Assembly: GCF_009914755.1 (NCBI RefSeq)
Contig: NC_060932.1
From: the human T2T-CHM13v2.0 reference genome, Homo sapiens
DNA: 64,000 nucleotides
Direction: 5' to 3' (one strand)
Part shown: in pieces, positions 28,897-43,300 of the stretch
How positions within the stretch are numbered: the first letter of the stretch is position 1
Layout: the number at the start of each line of letters is the position of its first letter
Translations under genes and position numbers: made by a program
Notes under the pieces: model-generated
What the model saw: the letters and a program-made list of their open reading frames with translations, nothing else
Databases searched by the model: none
Told to the model about the DNA's origin: nothing

Positions 28897-29464
28897 CTAA
28901 AAATTTGAAAAATAAATAATTGTTACATAAAAGAATAATAATTATATCACTATGTAATCAATAAAGCACTGATCTTGGAAGAGTTCTCATATTTCTCAAA
29001 CAACAGCAACCATATCCAAAGTAACTCATTGGACAGCTCTTACTCTCAAGGTTTTGAAATAGAACACAATTTTGAAATTATGCTATTCTACCTCCATTAA
29101 GTAGTAGGTTTTTTTGTTATGGCAGCCAATTTCCATTTTGGTTTCAATATTAATTGTAGAATATTTTGTAGTATCTTTCATATAATATTTAAAGGAATTG
29201 GTAAAGTTGCATGTACAGCTATGAAATTCAAGAAAGTCAAGGAGAAAAATATGTTTCTTTCATTAACTCATTTACCTAATGCTTTCTACAATAAATACAA
29301 CATAGAACTCTTCCCAAATTTTACCTCTGTGAAGAATAGAGTGGTAAATGGGACAGAGAAGACAGATGTTTAATCCTGTATTTCCTTCTTTGATTTTTCT
29401 ACCCAACTCAAGAAAAAAAAAATTCTACCCAACTCAAAAATAAATAAATAAAAAATAAATAATA

Positions 29465-29743
29465 GGCTGGGCGTGGTGGCTCACATCTGTAATCCTAGCA
29501 CTTTGGGAGGCCGAGGCGGGCAGATCACGAGGTCAGGCATTCAAGACCATCCTGGCCAACATGGTGAAACCCCGTCTCTACTAAAAATACAAAAATTAGC
29601 CAGGAATGATGGCAGGCGCCAGTAGTCCCAGCTACTCATGAGGCTGAGATAGGAGAATCCCTTGAACCTGGAGGTGGAGGTTGCAGTGAGCTGAGATTGC
29701 ACCACTGAACTGCAGCCTGGGTGACAGAGTGAGACCCCGTCTC

Positions 29744-29774
<31 letters not shown>

Positions 29775-29775
29775 A
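29465..29775 (+). mobile_element. Alu (S-type) with (TAAA)n tail in TMEM65 intron 4
   Basis: Full dimer. Confidence 0.95.
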
Positions 29776-30069
29776 AGAGACCAAGGGTAGAAATGTTTAG
29801 GGGTAACACTGAATTGCCAGAAAATCTTGTCTTAACGAAATCAATATAGCAGAGTATTGTTATCCAATAACTAATAATATAAAGTACCTAAAATTTTCAG
29901 AAAAAGTGCTACATGTACAAAACTAAGAATCAGAAGAATAGGATGAAGAAAATTAACAGATATCTCAATGAGTAAACTCATTCAAATAAATTACCCTCCT
30001 CTAAACTTAATCTACTGAAATGTTTTATAAGTGTACAATGAAATAATAACATTTACTACTGTTAAATAC

Positions 30070-30124
30070 CTGCCATAGTTGAAATTCCCAAAATAATTCC
30101 AATAGACATTTCAATATGGGTTCC
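30070..30124 (-). CDS. TMEM65: TMEM65 coding exon 4 (55 nt; GTHIEMSIGIILGISTMA)
   Basis: atttcag|GGAACCCAT...ATGGCAG|gtattt; in frame. Confidence 0.96.
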
Positions 30125-33100
30125 CTGAAATATGATAAAAAATTAATCTTAAAAATTAAAGCTGAAGTGACTATAAAAGAATAGCAAAGCATTAATAAAA
30201 ACAGATACAAGTTAAATCAACATGTTAGTGCTGCAAAATTACATACATCATATATGCACATATAATATAGTAATTCATTAAATTATTAAATATATGCATT
30301 CATACAGAAATAACATCAATAACATTTTATTCATTCAAATTAGGCTTCTAAAAATAAAATTAGCAACACATGTAGAAATATAGTTCATCATTAAAAATCT
30401 AGAATTTCTATTTTTCTACCACAGAGAAAAATGCTTTAAAGCTCTTTGAAAACAAGACCGACTCACATTGATTTTAAATTCTGAACTATACATCTATACT
30501 ATTGTTATTTACTCTATCAAAAGATTAAAAGGAGACTAAACCAGTTTCTAGGGAAATTGGGGTTTATAAAATTATCCTTATAACACTTAGCTCTTGAACC
30601 ATTAAGTAGTGAAACTATACATTCAATTTATAAGCAGCAACGGCATTTAGTACAATAGATCTACACTCAAAACAAAGCCCCATCGTATCGCCACTGAATT
30701 TAATGACAGAGTTTAAGACTTTCTATATGTATATCATCATTCCTCTGAAGAAAAGAGGGGCTCATATTTTACTTTCATTTTAAAGAGGAGGAACTGAAGT
30801 GAAGACAATTAAACTATTCTAACAGAATAAAGAAGAAATCCTAGGATCTATTGTGCTAATTCAATTCTAATCCCTGAGCAATGCTGCCATTAGAAGACTT
30901 AATTTTCAAGAGTTCTCTTGAATACTGATGCTTGAACATTTCTAAAAAATGCTTCAAATCTCAATGATATTTGTGGAGGGAAAAAAACGCCCTGTATTTT
31001 ACGTAGAAATAATGCATTACTCATCAATTATTTACAAAACTGAAAAGAGGTTTCCTCAAGTTTCTTTCCCCTAGAGCTTTTGGCTGCATCACTTTAAGAT
31101 ATAATTCTTGTCGAATATGGACCCAACAGTCTGATGCACTGAAGTTCAAAAGTCTTTTGTCCTGATGCACAAAGTTCAAATGACAAGGTTGTAAATATAC
31201 CCCAAGAAACAGATTTCTGAAGAAGAAATAAAGAGGAAGAAAAGGTAAAAACAGGCAGAGAAAAAGAATAAACATATGTATCATCATATCTGAATGCAAA
31301 AAAACTGGAGCACCAATATAGAAGAGAGGCACCTGATAACAACAGTCTAATAAATATGGCATCTTTAACAGCAATGAATCGCTGGCAGTGGCCAAAGAAG
31401 AATCTCTTGCAATACATACATTTAAAAAATAGTTAAGTGCTTAATCATTTGGTTGAATGTAACACAGCTGAAGGTCCTTCTAACAGCAGGAAAAGCCCCA
31501 TATAAAGTCAAAGATGGTTTGGGGGCAATGGACTATCCACTTCTTTACTGTGTCCCATAGTTACATCAAATTTTGTGTTAATAGGTGAGGTAGAAATTAT
31601 AAATAAACCGAATACTAATAGTTGTCTTAAAGTTATACCTGGTTCATTATCCTTAATACAATTAATCTACTCTAGAATTCTAATAAATTCTATCCAATTA
31701 AACTGTAAGTAAAGTAACCCAAAACTAACCCTAAAATATAAGTTATAAAAAGCAATCCAATAATATAAAAATATTTTTTAAACTATGAAACAAAAGGCTT
31801 AATATGAACACCAACCAATATAAAGGCCAAATCTATTACAAGAGGTTACACACCTCTTTGTTTTTGTTTGAATTTGTTTTTACGACTACAACTAGGGTGG
31901 GAAAGTACACCTAACAGGAAGGAGGAAAACATCAAATGTCTATGGTATAAAAAAAAAGAAGAATCAACTATCTCCTCAACTTACTATCTTAAAACAGTCA
32001 TAGCTGTCCCACAATGAGAGGGGTTGATCAGTATTTTTTTAATTAAAAGATGAAAAACATTCTTAAGATAATAATCACTTATTTCCCCTTTCATAGATTC
32101 TACAGTTACATTATTTATATGTTTTAGTCTCAGCATTCTATATAACGAAGCCTCACTGGAAAATTTTATTGTCTCTGAATGAGTTTGCAGCTATCACAGG
32201 ATAATATTTTTGCCACACCTACTACTCTTAACTTGAAGTCAGTGGCTTAAACATTTATTTCAGTATTATTTAAATAAAAACTGATTTTCTGTGTTCTGGA
32301 TGTGCTGGGGAAAAAAATAAGAAAAAATAAACAAAATGGCCCATAAGCCCCTGAAACTGGATTTCAATAGAAACAGAATAACAGGTATTACTAATTTGGA
32401 GTCAGCCATCTCAGGCCTGGAAAAATAGTGCACTCTTAGTTATACTAACAATGAGGCACAGACCTGGGGAACACCAAATAGTGAACTACAAATTACTACA
32501 ATAATTTGACTCTAGAATGTGGGTGTTTGGTTTGGTAGCTGATCCCCATCAATCTGGACATAAGGCTAGACTATATAGCAAACAAAACCATTCTTGAATA
32601 AACCATGTTTACATAAATTTTATAATCTATACAATGTAAATTACTTTTAAAATTCCTACTTTGAAACCAAATCTTCTATTTATGTCCATTTGTAGTACAC
32701 GTGATCTCCAAAACACCAAAAAGAAAACCTGCATCTCTCATGTATATTTTCCTCACATTCAACAATCCTAAGGTCATTCCACTTTTTCAGTAGTCTCCTA
32801 CACTTTAGCTATCATTTACAAAATGTTTTTAAAAGTTAGAGTCAGTGAAACTGACAACAAACTCTCTAAGTCCTAACTGAGAAAAGTTTCTAGTTGTGAA
32901 GCACTTCGATTTTCTCAAACAAGTTTAAATAAAGACCCCACCTGGGAACTCATAAACTGGTATTCAAAGTATATGATATTTTTTTCTCCTCCCACTAAAT
33001 GTACTGAAGATCTATTACCTTCAATCTAATGCTAATATCTGAAAAGAATGACTTCACATAAGGTATTCTAAAAATATGTATTGAAAGTTGATAATTGCCA

Positions 33101-34102
33101 TAATAACTGGACTGTGATCAATCTATTTTACTTGGACAAAATAAGAGGAGTGAATAGTTTTTTGACTGATTATGGCATTTTCATAATATGTATATAAGAA
33201 TAAAACTGGCCAATTTATGTATCTGTGAATGTGAGAAACTTATTCAACTATTTAGAACCACACTGCCTTCTCGGAAACTACTAAAATCTGAGTTGGCTAG
33301 ATTATTTAAACAATTAATGTAAATCAAATCTAATTGTAATGAAAACCCCATTATGATAAATTCATAAGCTGTAGCTAACACTTGGTATGTTCTTGAAAAC
33401 AGAGCACTGGGCAGTTTTTGAAGACTTGCATTTTAATTATGGATCTACTTCTGACTTTAGAATATGAACCTAATATTGGTATCCATTAGCAGGCCTTATA
33501 TAGTAGTAAGAAAGGTAAGTCAGCCATCTCTGAGCTTAAACAGGTTTAAGGAGCACCCTTACATTAAAATACCACAACAAAGGGGAATTTTTTTTAACAC
33601 TACAATGGAACAAGGCAAAAGGGAGATACAGTCACTTAATTGAATTGAAACTTTAAACAATGGCTAGACTGAAGGCTAGACTATGTATCAAAACATGCTT
33701 TAAAACATTTTCACATTGGAAAATTGAACAAGGAACTAAATCAAATAATTACCTATATATGTGATAATTGCCAACACCATTAAAGAACATCAGAACATTT
33801 TACATATTATTTTTCTTTATTAAGAATGTTGAAATTAGAATAGGACAATATAGGCCTTTAATGTTCTGTCTGAATGCTCTACCAAAAGTCTATTTGTCTA
33901 AATGCTTTACCTAAAGTCTTAATGATTAATAAATATTAAATATAGCTTAATTAAAATTGAGCTATAGTCTGAGATATAGTAAAAAATATCCTTGTTCATT
34001 ATGATATTAAAACTTTATAATCACAATAGAAAAATTATTAGGAAAATGTAGACCACATTAATTTATGAACTCAAAATAGAAGCAGTGAGAGAAAGAACTT
34101 AC

Positions 34103-34170
34103 AGCAACAATCATAATTGCATTATCCAAAAAGCCAAACCCTATGAAAGGTATCGCATTGTGGATGAATA
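34103..34170 (-). CDS. TMEM65: TMEM65 coding exon 3 (68 nt; VFIHNAIPFIGFGFLDNAIMIVA)
   Basis: tttttcag|TATTCATCCAC...GTTGCT|gtaagt; hydrophobic segment, in frame with exons 2 and 4. Confidence 0.96.
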
Positions 34171-34417
34171 CTGAAAAACATCAAAAACAGAAAAATATAT
34201 TTTAAGATTTCTATAACTTAGAATGACAAAAACAGATGATATGATCAAAGTATCCTAAACAGACTTGATAATCTCTAGAATTTGATTCTCATTTTCCAGA
34301 GCCAATAGATGCTGCTACTGCTATAAGTAGAAACTATATTGGGAAAAAACAAAACAAACCAGAAAAAGTATAAAACATGTAAAAATAACTGTGTTAGACT
34401 TTTGTGTTTTCTTACTG

Positions 34418-34419
<2 letters not shown>

Positions 34420-34453
<34 letters not shown>
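34420..34453. repeat. (CA)n microsatellite
   Basis: Seen directly. Confidence 0.95.
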
Positions 34454-34455
<2 letters not shown>

Positions 34456-34886
34456 TATATACATACAATTAACAGAACAAATTAGTAAACATATATGAGT
34501 ACCACATTTTACCTGATTGCTACTGACATTAATCTCTTTTTCTATTATGACTAAAGTCTGATATTATAAAATCGATTTCTGTATTAGAAATAATGAAAAT
34601 GTCCTAAATCAAATGTCAGAAAAGTTATTTGGGTGCTTTTACTAACTAATTTTTTTAAAGAAATGTTAGAAAAAGGTGATTATCTCATCTATATTACCTC
34701 ATCTATGTGCAGTCTTTTTCCCCCCTCAAAATTCATCAATATTCCCAAATGCTATTGCAAACTATAAACAATCAATATTTGATTTAAATCAAACTATCAC
34801 TTCACCTCTTGCTACCAAAAACACACCTTACTTCATCTATTGGGTATATAAATTCAATGATCTGAGATATTAGAAGTGTAACTAGG

Positions 34887-35170
<284 letters not shown>

Positions 35171-37491
35171 CTAGGAAGAACTAATACCTACATATTTTTT
35201 ATACATTTATTCTCATTTCTTTCATATTTACATCTTCAGCAGAATATTGAGGGCATGGTAGATGCTCAAAAAATATTATTTCATTAAGTTGAAGACCACT
35301 AACCTGGAAAGGAAGAGAATTCCAGATTGGGAGAATTGAAGGCAGACTGTGAAATAGATTAAAAGCTGGGAATAGGTAAAAGACTTTATTCTAATTAATC
35401 TATAAAATTGCCAAGGTATAGTGAACATCCGTTCAACTGAGGACTTTTCTCAACAAACATTAAAATGCTGAGTTTTGTACTACGTCCAAAAAAATAATCC
35501 CTTAAACCAACTGGTTATATGTGTCTATTAATTTTTAGAGTCTTTTTTTCTTTTAATGCAGTTATCTCCACAGAAAGTATAATTGAAATATAATCCAGAA
35601 GTTATAAAAATTCGATATTACTATATTGAGCTCTGCACCTAGCAGGAAAGGCTAATAAGCACTCAAAAAAAAGCACTTCTACCCACAACCACTATAAATG
35701 ACTAAGACCACGGGACAATACTATATACAGTATAAGAATACTATTATATTCAATATTATTATAGCTATACAATATTATATAAACCAGTACATAATAGGTA
35801 TAAAATAGGTCATTTAAAATTTCGTCTTGTTTTAAGTAAAAATGTCCAAGATCAAGGACATTTTTAATTACAAAGAATATTATTTGTTATTAAAGGTTGT
35901 AAAAATCAAGTAAAACATTAATAAAATGGGATTTTTTTTCAATTAAAGAGTCTAGCCTTAGTTTTTTCACTTATTGCCTAAATCTGGTTATTTACTGAAC
36001 ACTCAAAATTTTATAAAAAGCAGCTTCCAGAACCAATACACATTACAAATTTAACAGGTTAGAAGAGTATAATGAAATTCTAAAAAATCACTAAATAAAA
36101 CATTTACAGTGAAGAGAAAGCTACTTAAGTACTGAAAAATAATGATGAAACTGGTTAGGATTAATTAGCATTTTGGGATTCTTTTAATAGCATCTCTAAA
36201 ACTGGCCAGTTACAAATATCTTAAAATTAGGTGATAAGCCCATTAAGTTAAGATTACACTAATTGCTATCTTAGTAAAAACTTGGTCAGTAAAACCAAGG
36301 CACTCTGTTACAAACAATCACTTTGAACTATACGATGTATGTTTTTAGTGTTTATACCTATATAAATATGTCCTAAAAATTATAATTTATTTTAACTAAA
36401 AGGAAAAAATATAGTTTTTCAAAAAGTTAAATAAACATGTACAGAGCACTCCACTGGGCACCTGAGATACAAAGATAAATAAGACTTGGTTCCCAGCCCT
36501 AAAGGGGTTTAGGTATGATAACACAGCCATACAAACAGTAAATTTCAATACCACCTACAAAAAATGATAATAGTATACAGTATTATGAACTATAGATTGT
36601 ATGAATCTAAGGTGGGAGAATCATAAATTACTTGGGAACACAAGTGTTAAAGAATTTTTAAATTGTTTTGGTATTTGAGGAAAGTTACTAATCTCTAATA
36701 TAAATTACATTCTACCTGTCAGAGAAAAAATAACTGGCCATTAGGTTTTTTTAAAAATTATATAAATTTGCTCTCTAGTATGTAATGATCTCCTACTAAT
36801 TTGTGGCTTCTTCAATTTACTCTCAGAAACACTATTCTATAACTTGCCAGTTGTTAGCAAATCACGTTTCATATTTAGCTTTAATTTACAACCTACTCTA
36901 ATTCACTATACTGTTAAATAATTCACTTCTTCCATCTTTATAATAACATCCCAACTTGTTTTACATTATTTTGGTATATTCTTGAATATTTATTCCTATC
37001 ATAATAGAGAAAAGAAAGAACACTAGCAGCATTGTAATAAGGTCCTTCTTCACGTAGTTTTAAATAAACTTTATTCTTTTCATTCTTACAAACAGCCAGC
37101 CGGAAACATTTTCTCTACCAGAGAACAGTTGTATCTAGCCTTGGGCCTAGAAATTCTAGTTCTGCATTTACCCAACTTAAATTCAAACTAAAGTAAATAC
37201 ATCCTTTTTCCTAGAAATTAAGAAAACTTCTATCATAAAAATAATTCTATTTCTAAATGGCAACAATATTTTAATAATATTAGATATTTTTAACAATATT
37301 AGATATTTTACAATATTGTGTTACATCCTTAGCCAAGTTTATAAACTTTGTGCTTCATATAATGAACAGGATAATCCACTCTATCTGGAAAGATTTAATT
37401 TACTGACTCTTCTGTGCTATCAATGAATGATACAGTTATTTCAAGGCCAAAAGACAGATGAACATATATTTAACAATTATAGAACCATTAC

Positions 37492-37536
37492 CATATCTCA
37501 GCTGTCCTGGGGTGGGTGGTGGAGCTTCCAATTTTT
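37492..37536 (-). CDS. TMEM65: TMEM65 coding exon 2 (45 nt; (E)KLEAPPPTPGQLRY)
   Basis: Minus strand reads ttctcccctttag|AAAAATTGGAAGCTCCACCACCCACCCCAGGACAGCTGAGATATG|gtaatg. The peptide matches recalled TMEM65 and the phase fits the next exon. Confidence 0.95.
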
Positions 37537-39538
37537 CTAAAGGGGAGAAAAAGGATGTGGGGCAAGAATTAGTTACTACAGCGTGATATTTTTTATTACA
37601 ATGAAGAAAATACCAGAAGATTTACAACGTGGGAGAATATCAGAGTTTATTCATAAATTATCTTTAGGTTAAGGGACCACATTTGTCCATACAGAAAATA
37701 TTAATCAGTATGGATTAAATCAGAAGGCCAGCAAATGAAACTGAGCTTAGTTACAAGCTTAACATGGACTCTAGCCCTGGGTAAGTTCATTTGTTTTTTG
37801 TTTTTCAGATTTCTTTAAAGTCCTTACATCTAGATAATGAGTCTGTTTGCATTAATTACACTAGAAAAACACTTTAGAAATAAAGGTACTCTTCTTTCAG
37901 ATGGCAACCCTAGATGACTTAAGAAATACACAAACAAGCATCATTGATAGTGGAAAACATGAATATTCAAATAGATCTAGATATCTTTAAAATGAAGAAA
38001 ATATTTTTAAAGCAATGTATGAAAACAATGACTTCACTGAATTGTATTTTGTTCCTTAATCTCTGTTGATATAACTGAATATTTTAACTTTTATAATATA
38101 TTAATAGTATTATATAATATTGATATATATTAATTAATATATAAGATATATTATATTGATATATAATATAACTGAATATTTTAACTTTTGGAACCTATAC
38201 ACTGGATAATAGGGTATTCCATACATTAAAACAACTTTTAAAAGTAGGGTGTTGTTCAGAATCACAAGTAACAAAGTTTTCCCAAGTATAAGCCAGAGAG
38301 TATCTTTACGTGTCAACATTATACCTAAAAATTAACAATTATTACAGGCAGCAGCCTACCTGGTCTTATAACAATAAGCATCTCACCATTTGTTTAAGGT
38401 AAAAAGGTAGAAAATTCTACCTTCTTTATGATCAACCAACTGGACAGAATTAATTGTTATCATATAGAGAAGAACCCATAGAGTGGATCACTCTAAAGAT
38501 TTAGTACAACCAGATTATCCAAAGGAACGCATTACAAACTAGATGTACATCTTCAAAAATATTTATTTATATTTTATGACAACAAAAGAACTAAGGAATT
38601 TAGTATAAAAAAGTAAAAGTCAAATCTCCATTGATAACCTACATAAAAGGAAATATGGTCCACATTAGTGACTGGTATTTTCCAAGTTCCATAATGGCTT
38701 TACAGTAAGAAATACACTAAAACCTCGAGTTTAATTAACTTTCATAGTATTTAGAAAGTTCTAAGAAGCAAACTTAAGCTTTATTTTTCCTTTTTTAGAA
38801 GAATTAAGAAATGAAGATATATATACTAATCTTACAGAATTTCACATCTGATTAAAATATATTCTTATTTTTGATTAGCATCATTAACTCAAAATCTCCT
38901 TTGAAAGCATCCAAGTGGTTTGCCAAATTTCTAACTAAGAATACAGGATACTGCTATACTCCAGAGAATTTTCTGGTGAAGTAAACATGCAAAAGTGGTT
39001 ATTTACATACCAGAACTATTTGTTAGTTGCATTAGTCTCATCATCACTACAGTTCTGACACTGTGAGAAGTCCTTGTCAGTTGACTGGAACATCTTGAAA
39101 TACCTAAAAATTCAACAAGCAGGACCTCCCCAGTAGAATGAGAGTATATGGAGTCCTTGCTTTTACTTCTTCAAATTCCCAACTCATTGAGTAAAACATT
39201 AAAAATATTCTACAACAGCGAAGAAGAAAAGATAAGGGCTAGGCAAGTAAAAAACGTGTAGTAATAAAGAAAAAAATCAAATAATGTAATCAATATTCCT
39301 TTCTTTCTTTCCTACTACACATAAAAAATTAAAAACCAGAGGCAATAACAAATGTTAACAGAAAGAAATATAAAATAAAGGAGATACAACAGGGAGGAAA
39401 ACTACTGGCACAGAGGTGAAAGTAAAATCAAAACACAGATTCTGCCTCCTGCTTCACAAAGAACCTACAGAGTACAAGAGGAATCATGAAAAGAACATTT
39501 CCTAGAAAGTGACAATCTTATTAGGAAGTATCTATTAA

Positions 39539-39846
<308 letters not shown>

Positions 39847-40199
39847 AATTTTTTTTAAAATCAGAAGTTATTCTTTCTTATGTTAACTGAATCAAAACAA
39901 AACATACATCAGAAGTAAAAAAAAAAAAAATTACCTATAAAATACAAAACGGAACTTGTAAATCAGCCCAAGGTTTCAGTGATCTGTATGGGTTTTAAAA
40001 TGTAATTACTGCCAGTATAACATCCCTGAAAATAGTCACAATACATCCCAGAAGGTTTATTTCCATATATATATATTTTATGAATTAATTTCAGAATTTT
40101 CTTTTGACATATAATAAACTATCTACACTTACATTGGAAATGTGTTCTGCTCCAATGTTTTATTAAATCAACTATGGAGTTAAAACAGTTCTTTCCATC

Positions 40200-40207
40200 T
40201 GTGTGTG

Positions 40208-40247
<40 letters not shown>

Positions 40248-40254
40248 TGTGTGT
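40200..40254. repeat. (TG)n microsatellite
   Basis: Seen directly. Confidence 0.95.
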
Positions 40255-40354
40255 ATTATATACATCATACTCTTTTCCTTTTCTGGATATTTTAAAACAA
40301 TAAGATAACTATTAAGCTTGTACTTCACCATACCACATTTGCCATATTACTTTC

Positions 40355-43300
40355 CATAATGGCTGAGTAACCTCTTATCAGAGGAATTCTCCTGCATGGA
40401 ACAACCACAAACTACAAACAAAAATACAACAAATTAACTACCTGAAAGCACTGGAAAATTATTGAAACCAGGTTGATCTAGAGGGGAATCAACACAGAAA
40501 AAGAAATGACACTAAGTGAGTTAGTTACCTGTTTGTTGCAGCTTTCAGCCTGTGGGCAGGCTCCAGTCACAACATGCAGAGCAACTAAAGCTCTGATGAA
40601 AATTCCTCAGTCTCTGTCTGAAGAACCAGAGGATGAGGTGCCAGGTAACCAAACAACTAGAAAGTGAGAGAGGAATCCTGGAAAGGATAGAGTCAGAAAG
40701 GAAGAGTCCTAAATTCTGTGCATACATTCAGTTCAAGTCTACAGCTGGCTTGTGGAACCACACATGTGCAGGGAAAACTCCAAAAATACCGACTAAGGGC
40801 AAAATAAGTAAAGATTTGAAGGCATCCCACAAGAGTTTGCAGTTTGAACCTAACCATTAAATGCCTGCTAAAACAAACAAAAATCAATGCTTTTCAGATG
40901 AACAAGACAGAATCCAGAGTCTCTACAATGTAGCAATTACAGGAATAACTAGGATACATACAAAATTACTTCACAAACAAGGAAAAAGAAAAATGTGACC
41001 CATTTTCAGAAGACAATACAGACCAATCCCAAAGTCACTCAAATGTTAGAATTAGCAGACAAAAACTTTAAAGGAGCAATTAAAATTGTATTCAAAGATG
41101 TAAATAAAAATATGCTTAAATGAATAAGACAGGAAATCTCATCAGAGAAACAGAAGAAAATATCGAAAAAAGAACCAATAAAAAGTTCTAGAACTGAAAG
41201 ATACATTATCTGAAATTATAAAATTAGCTGGGGCTGGGCACGGTGGCTCACACCTGTAATCCCAGCATTTTGGGAGGCCAAGGTGGGTGGGTCACAAGGT
41301 CAGGAGTTTGAGACCAGCCTGACCAACATGGTGAAACCCCATCTGTACTAAAAATACAAAAATTAGCCAGGTATGGTAGGGGGTACCTATCATCCCAGCT
41401 ACTCAGGAGGCTGCGGCAGGAGAATTGCTTGAACCTAGGAGGTGGAGGTTGCAGTGAGTCAAGATCACACTACTGCACTCCAGCCTGGGCGACAGAACAA
41501 GACTCCGACTCAAAAAAAAAAAAAAAAAAGAAAGAAAATTAAAAATTAAAAAAAAATTAACTGGATAGGCTTACAAGCAGAATGAAGGTGAGAGAAGAGT
41601 TAGTGAAAATGATGTCAGATCAATAAAAATTATTCAGTCTGAACAACAGAGACTGAAAGGATTGAAAAAATAATAAACCTGAGTCTCAGGGACCAATGGC
41701 TAAATATTAAAAGGGCTAATATATGCTAATATATGTATGATTGTAATTAAAAGGCAAGTAGAGAAACTAGGAACAAAAACTCTTTGAATAAATAATGGCT
41801 ACAAATTTCCCAAATTTAGTGCAAGACAAAAATTTCAAAAGATTCAAGAAGTTCAGTGAACTTCTAGTGGAATAAACATGAAGGAAAATTATCATAAAGG
41901 AAAAAATCTTGAAAGCAGTCAGAACTAAATACATATTAAACACACAAAAAAATAACTTCAGTATGCAGAAAGAAAATGGGCGTCAGTCCAGTATTCTACA
42001 TCCAAAAATGTATCCTTTAAGAATGAAGGCAAAATGTATTTCAGATAACTGAAGCTATAAGAATGTGTTAACAGTCAACCTGCGATACAGAAAGTGCAAG
42101 AGAAATTCTTTAGTCTGAAGGGAAATAGCAGTTGAAAAGTAAATTCTTGAGGAAGGAATAAAGAGCATCAGAAATGGTAAATGTCTGGGTAAATATAAAA
42201 GATTACTTTTTCCTAGTGATTTAATTTAAATAGACATGACTGTCTAATGCAAAAATTGTAACACTGTCTTATAGTGTTTATAAAATATGTAGATGAATAC
42301 ATATGACATCATAACATTAAGGATGAACGGGGCAGTAAATGGACTGATTTGGTAATTTAGTTGCAACATTTCTATGATGAAAATAAAATGGTCCAATATT
42401 AGCTATAAGAGTCTGCAAAAAGTTAAGAATACATGCTGTAATCCCTAGAGTAACTACACATACAGATGAAATACAAAGAGAACATAGTTAAGAACCTAAT
42501 AAGTAACTTGAAGGAGAATCTGAAGGAATGTTCAATTAAGCAAAAAGAATGCAGGAAAGGAAAACAGAAACAAAAAACAGAGGGTCAAACAGAAAACAAA
42601 TAGCAAAATAGTAAACTTATATCCAACCATATCAATAATTACATTCAATTTTAATGGACTAAACACTGCAATTAAAATGCAGAGACTACAAAAACGAACA
42701 AAAAAAGTAAGACCCAACTATATGATATCCCAAGGATTACAGTTTAATAGGTTGAAAGTAAATGGATGGCAAAAAATATGCTACACAAACAGTAGGCTTA
42801 TAAAGGCTGGAGCTTTATTAATATCAGATGAGGTAGACTTAAAGACAAAGAGTATTACCAGAAATAAACCAGGGACATTTCAAAATGACAAAAGGGTCAA
42901 TGCATCAGGAGGCATAACAACTGCATGTTTATGCCTAATAACAGAATTTCATAATGCACGATGCTGAATCTAACAGAATTAAAGGGCAAAACAAACACTT
43001 CCATAATCATACTTGGAGATATAAAAGCCTTTTTCTTAGTAATTGACAGAAAACTAGGCAAAAATATCACTAAGATATAAACTTGAACACTACCAACTAT
43101 GTTGATCTAATTGATATTTATACAAAACGACACTCAACAACTGTAGAATACATCTTATTTTCAAGTGCAGATGGCACATTCCTCAAAATAGAACATATGC
43201 TGATCCACAAAACATGTTAATAAATTTGATTAAAATCATAAATATGTTCTCTGACTATAATGGAATCAGTAACAATAAGATATATGACAAAACAAATTTG

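Noticed and set aside
38404-38423. 9-bp inverted repeat AAGGTAGAA/TTCTACCTT (also TTCAAGAG/CTCTTGAA near 30904)
   Set aside because: Short enough to occur by chance in 64 kb of AT-rich DNA
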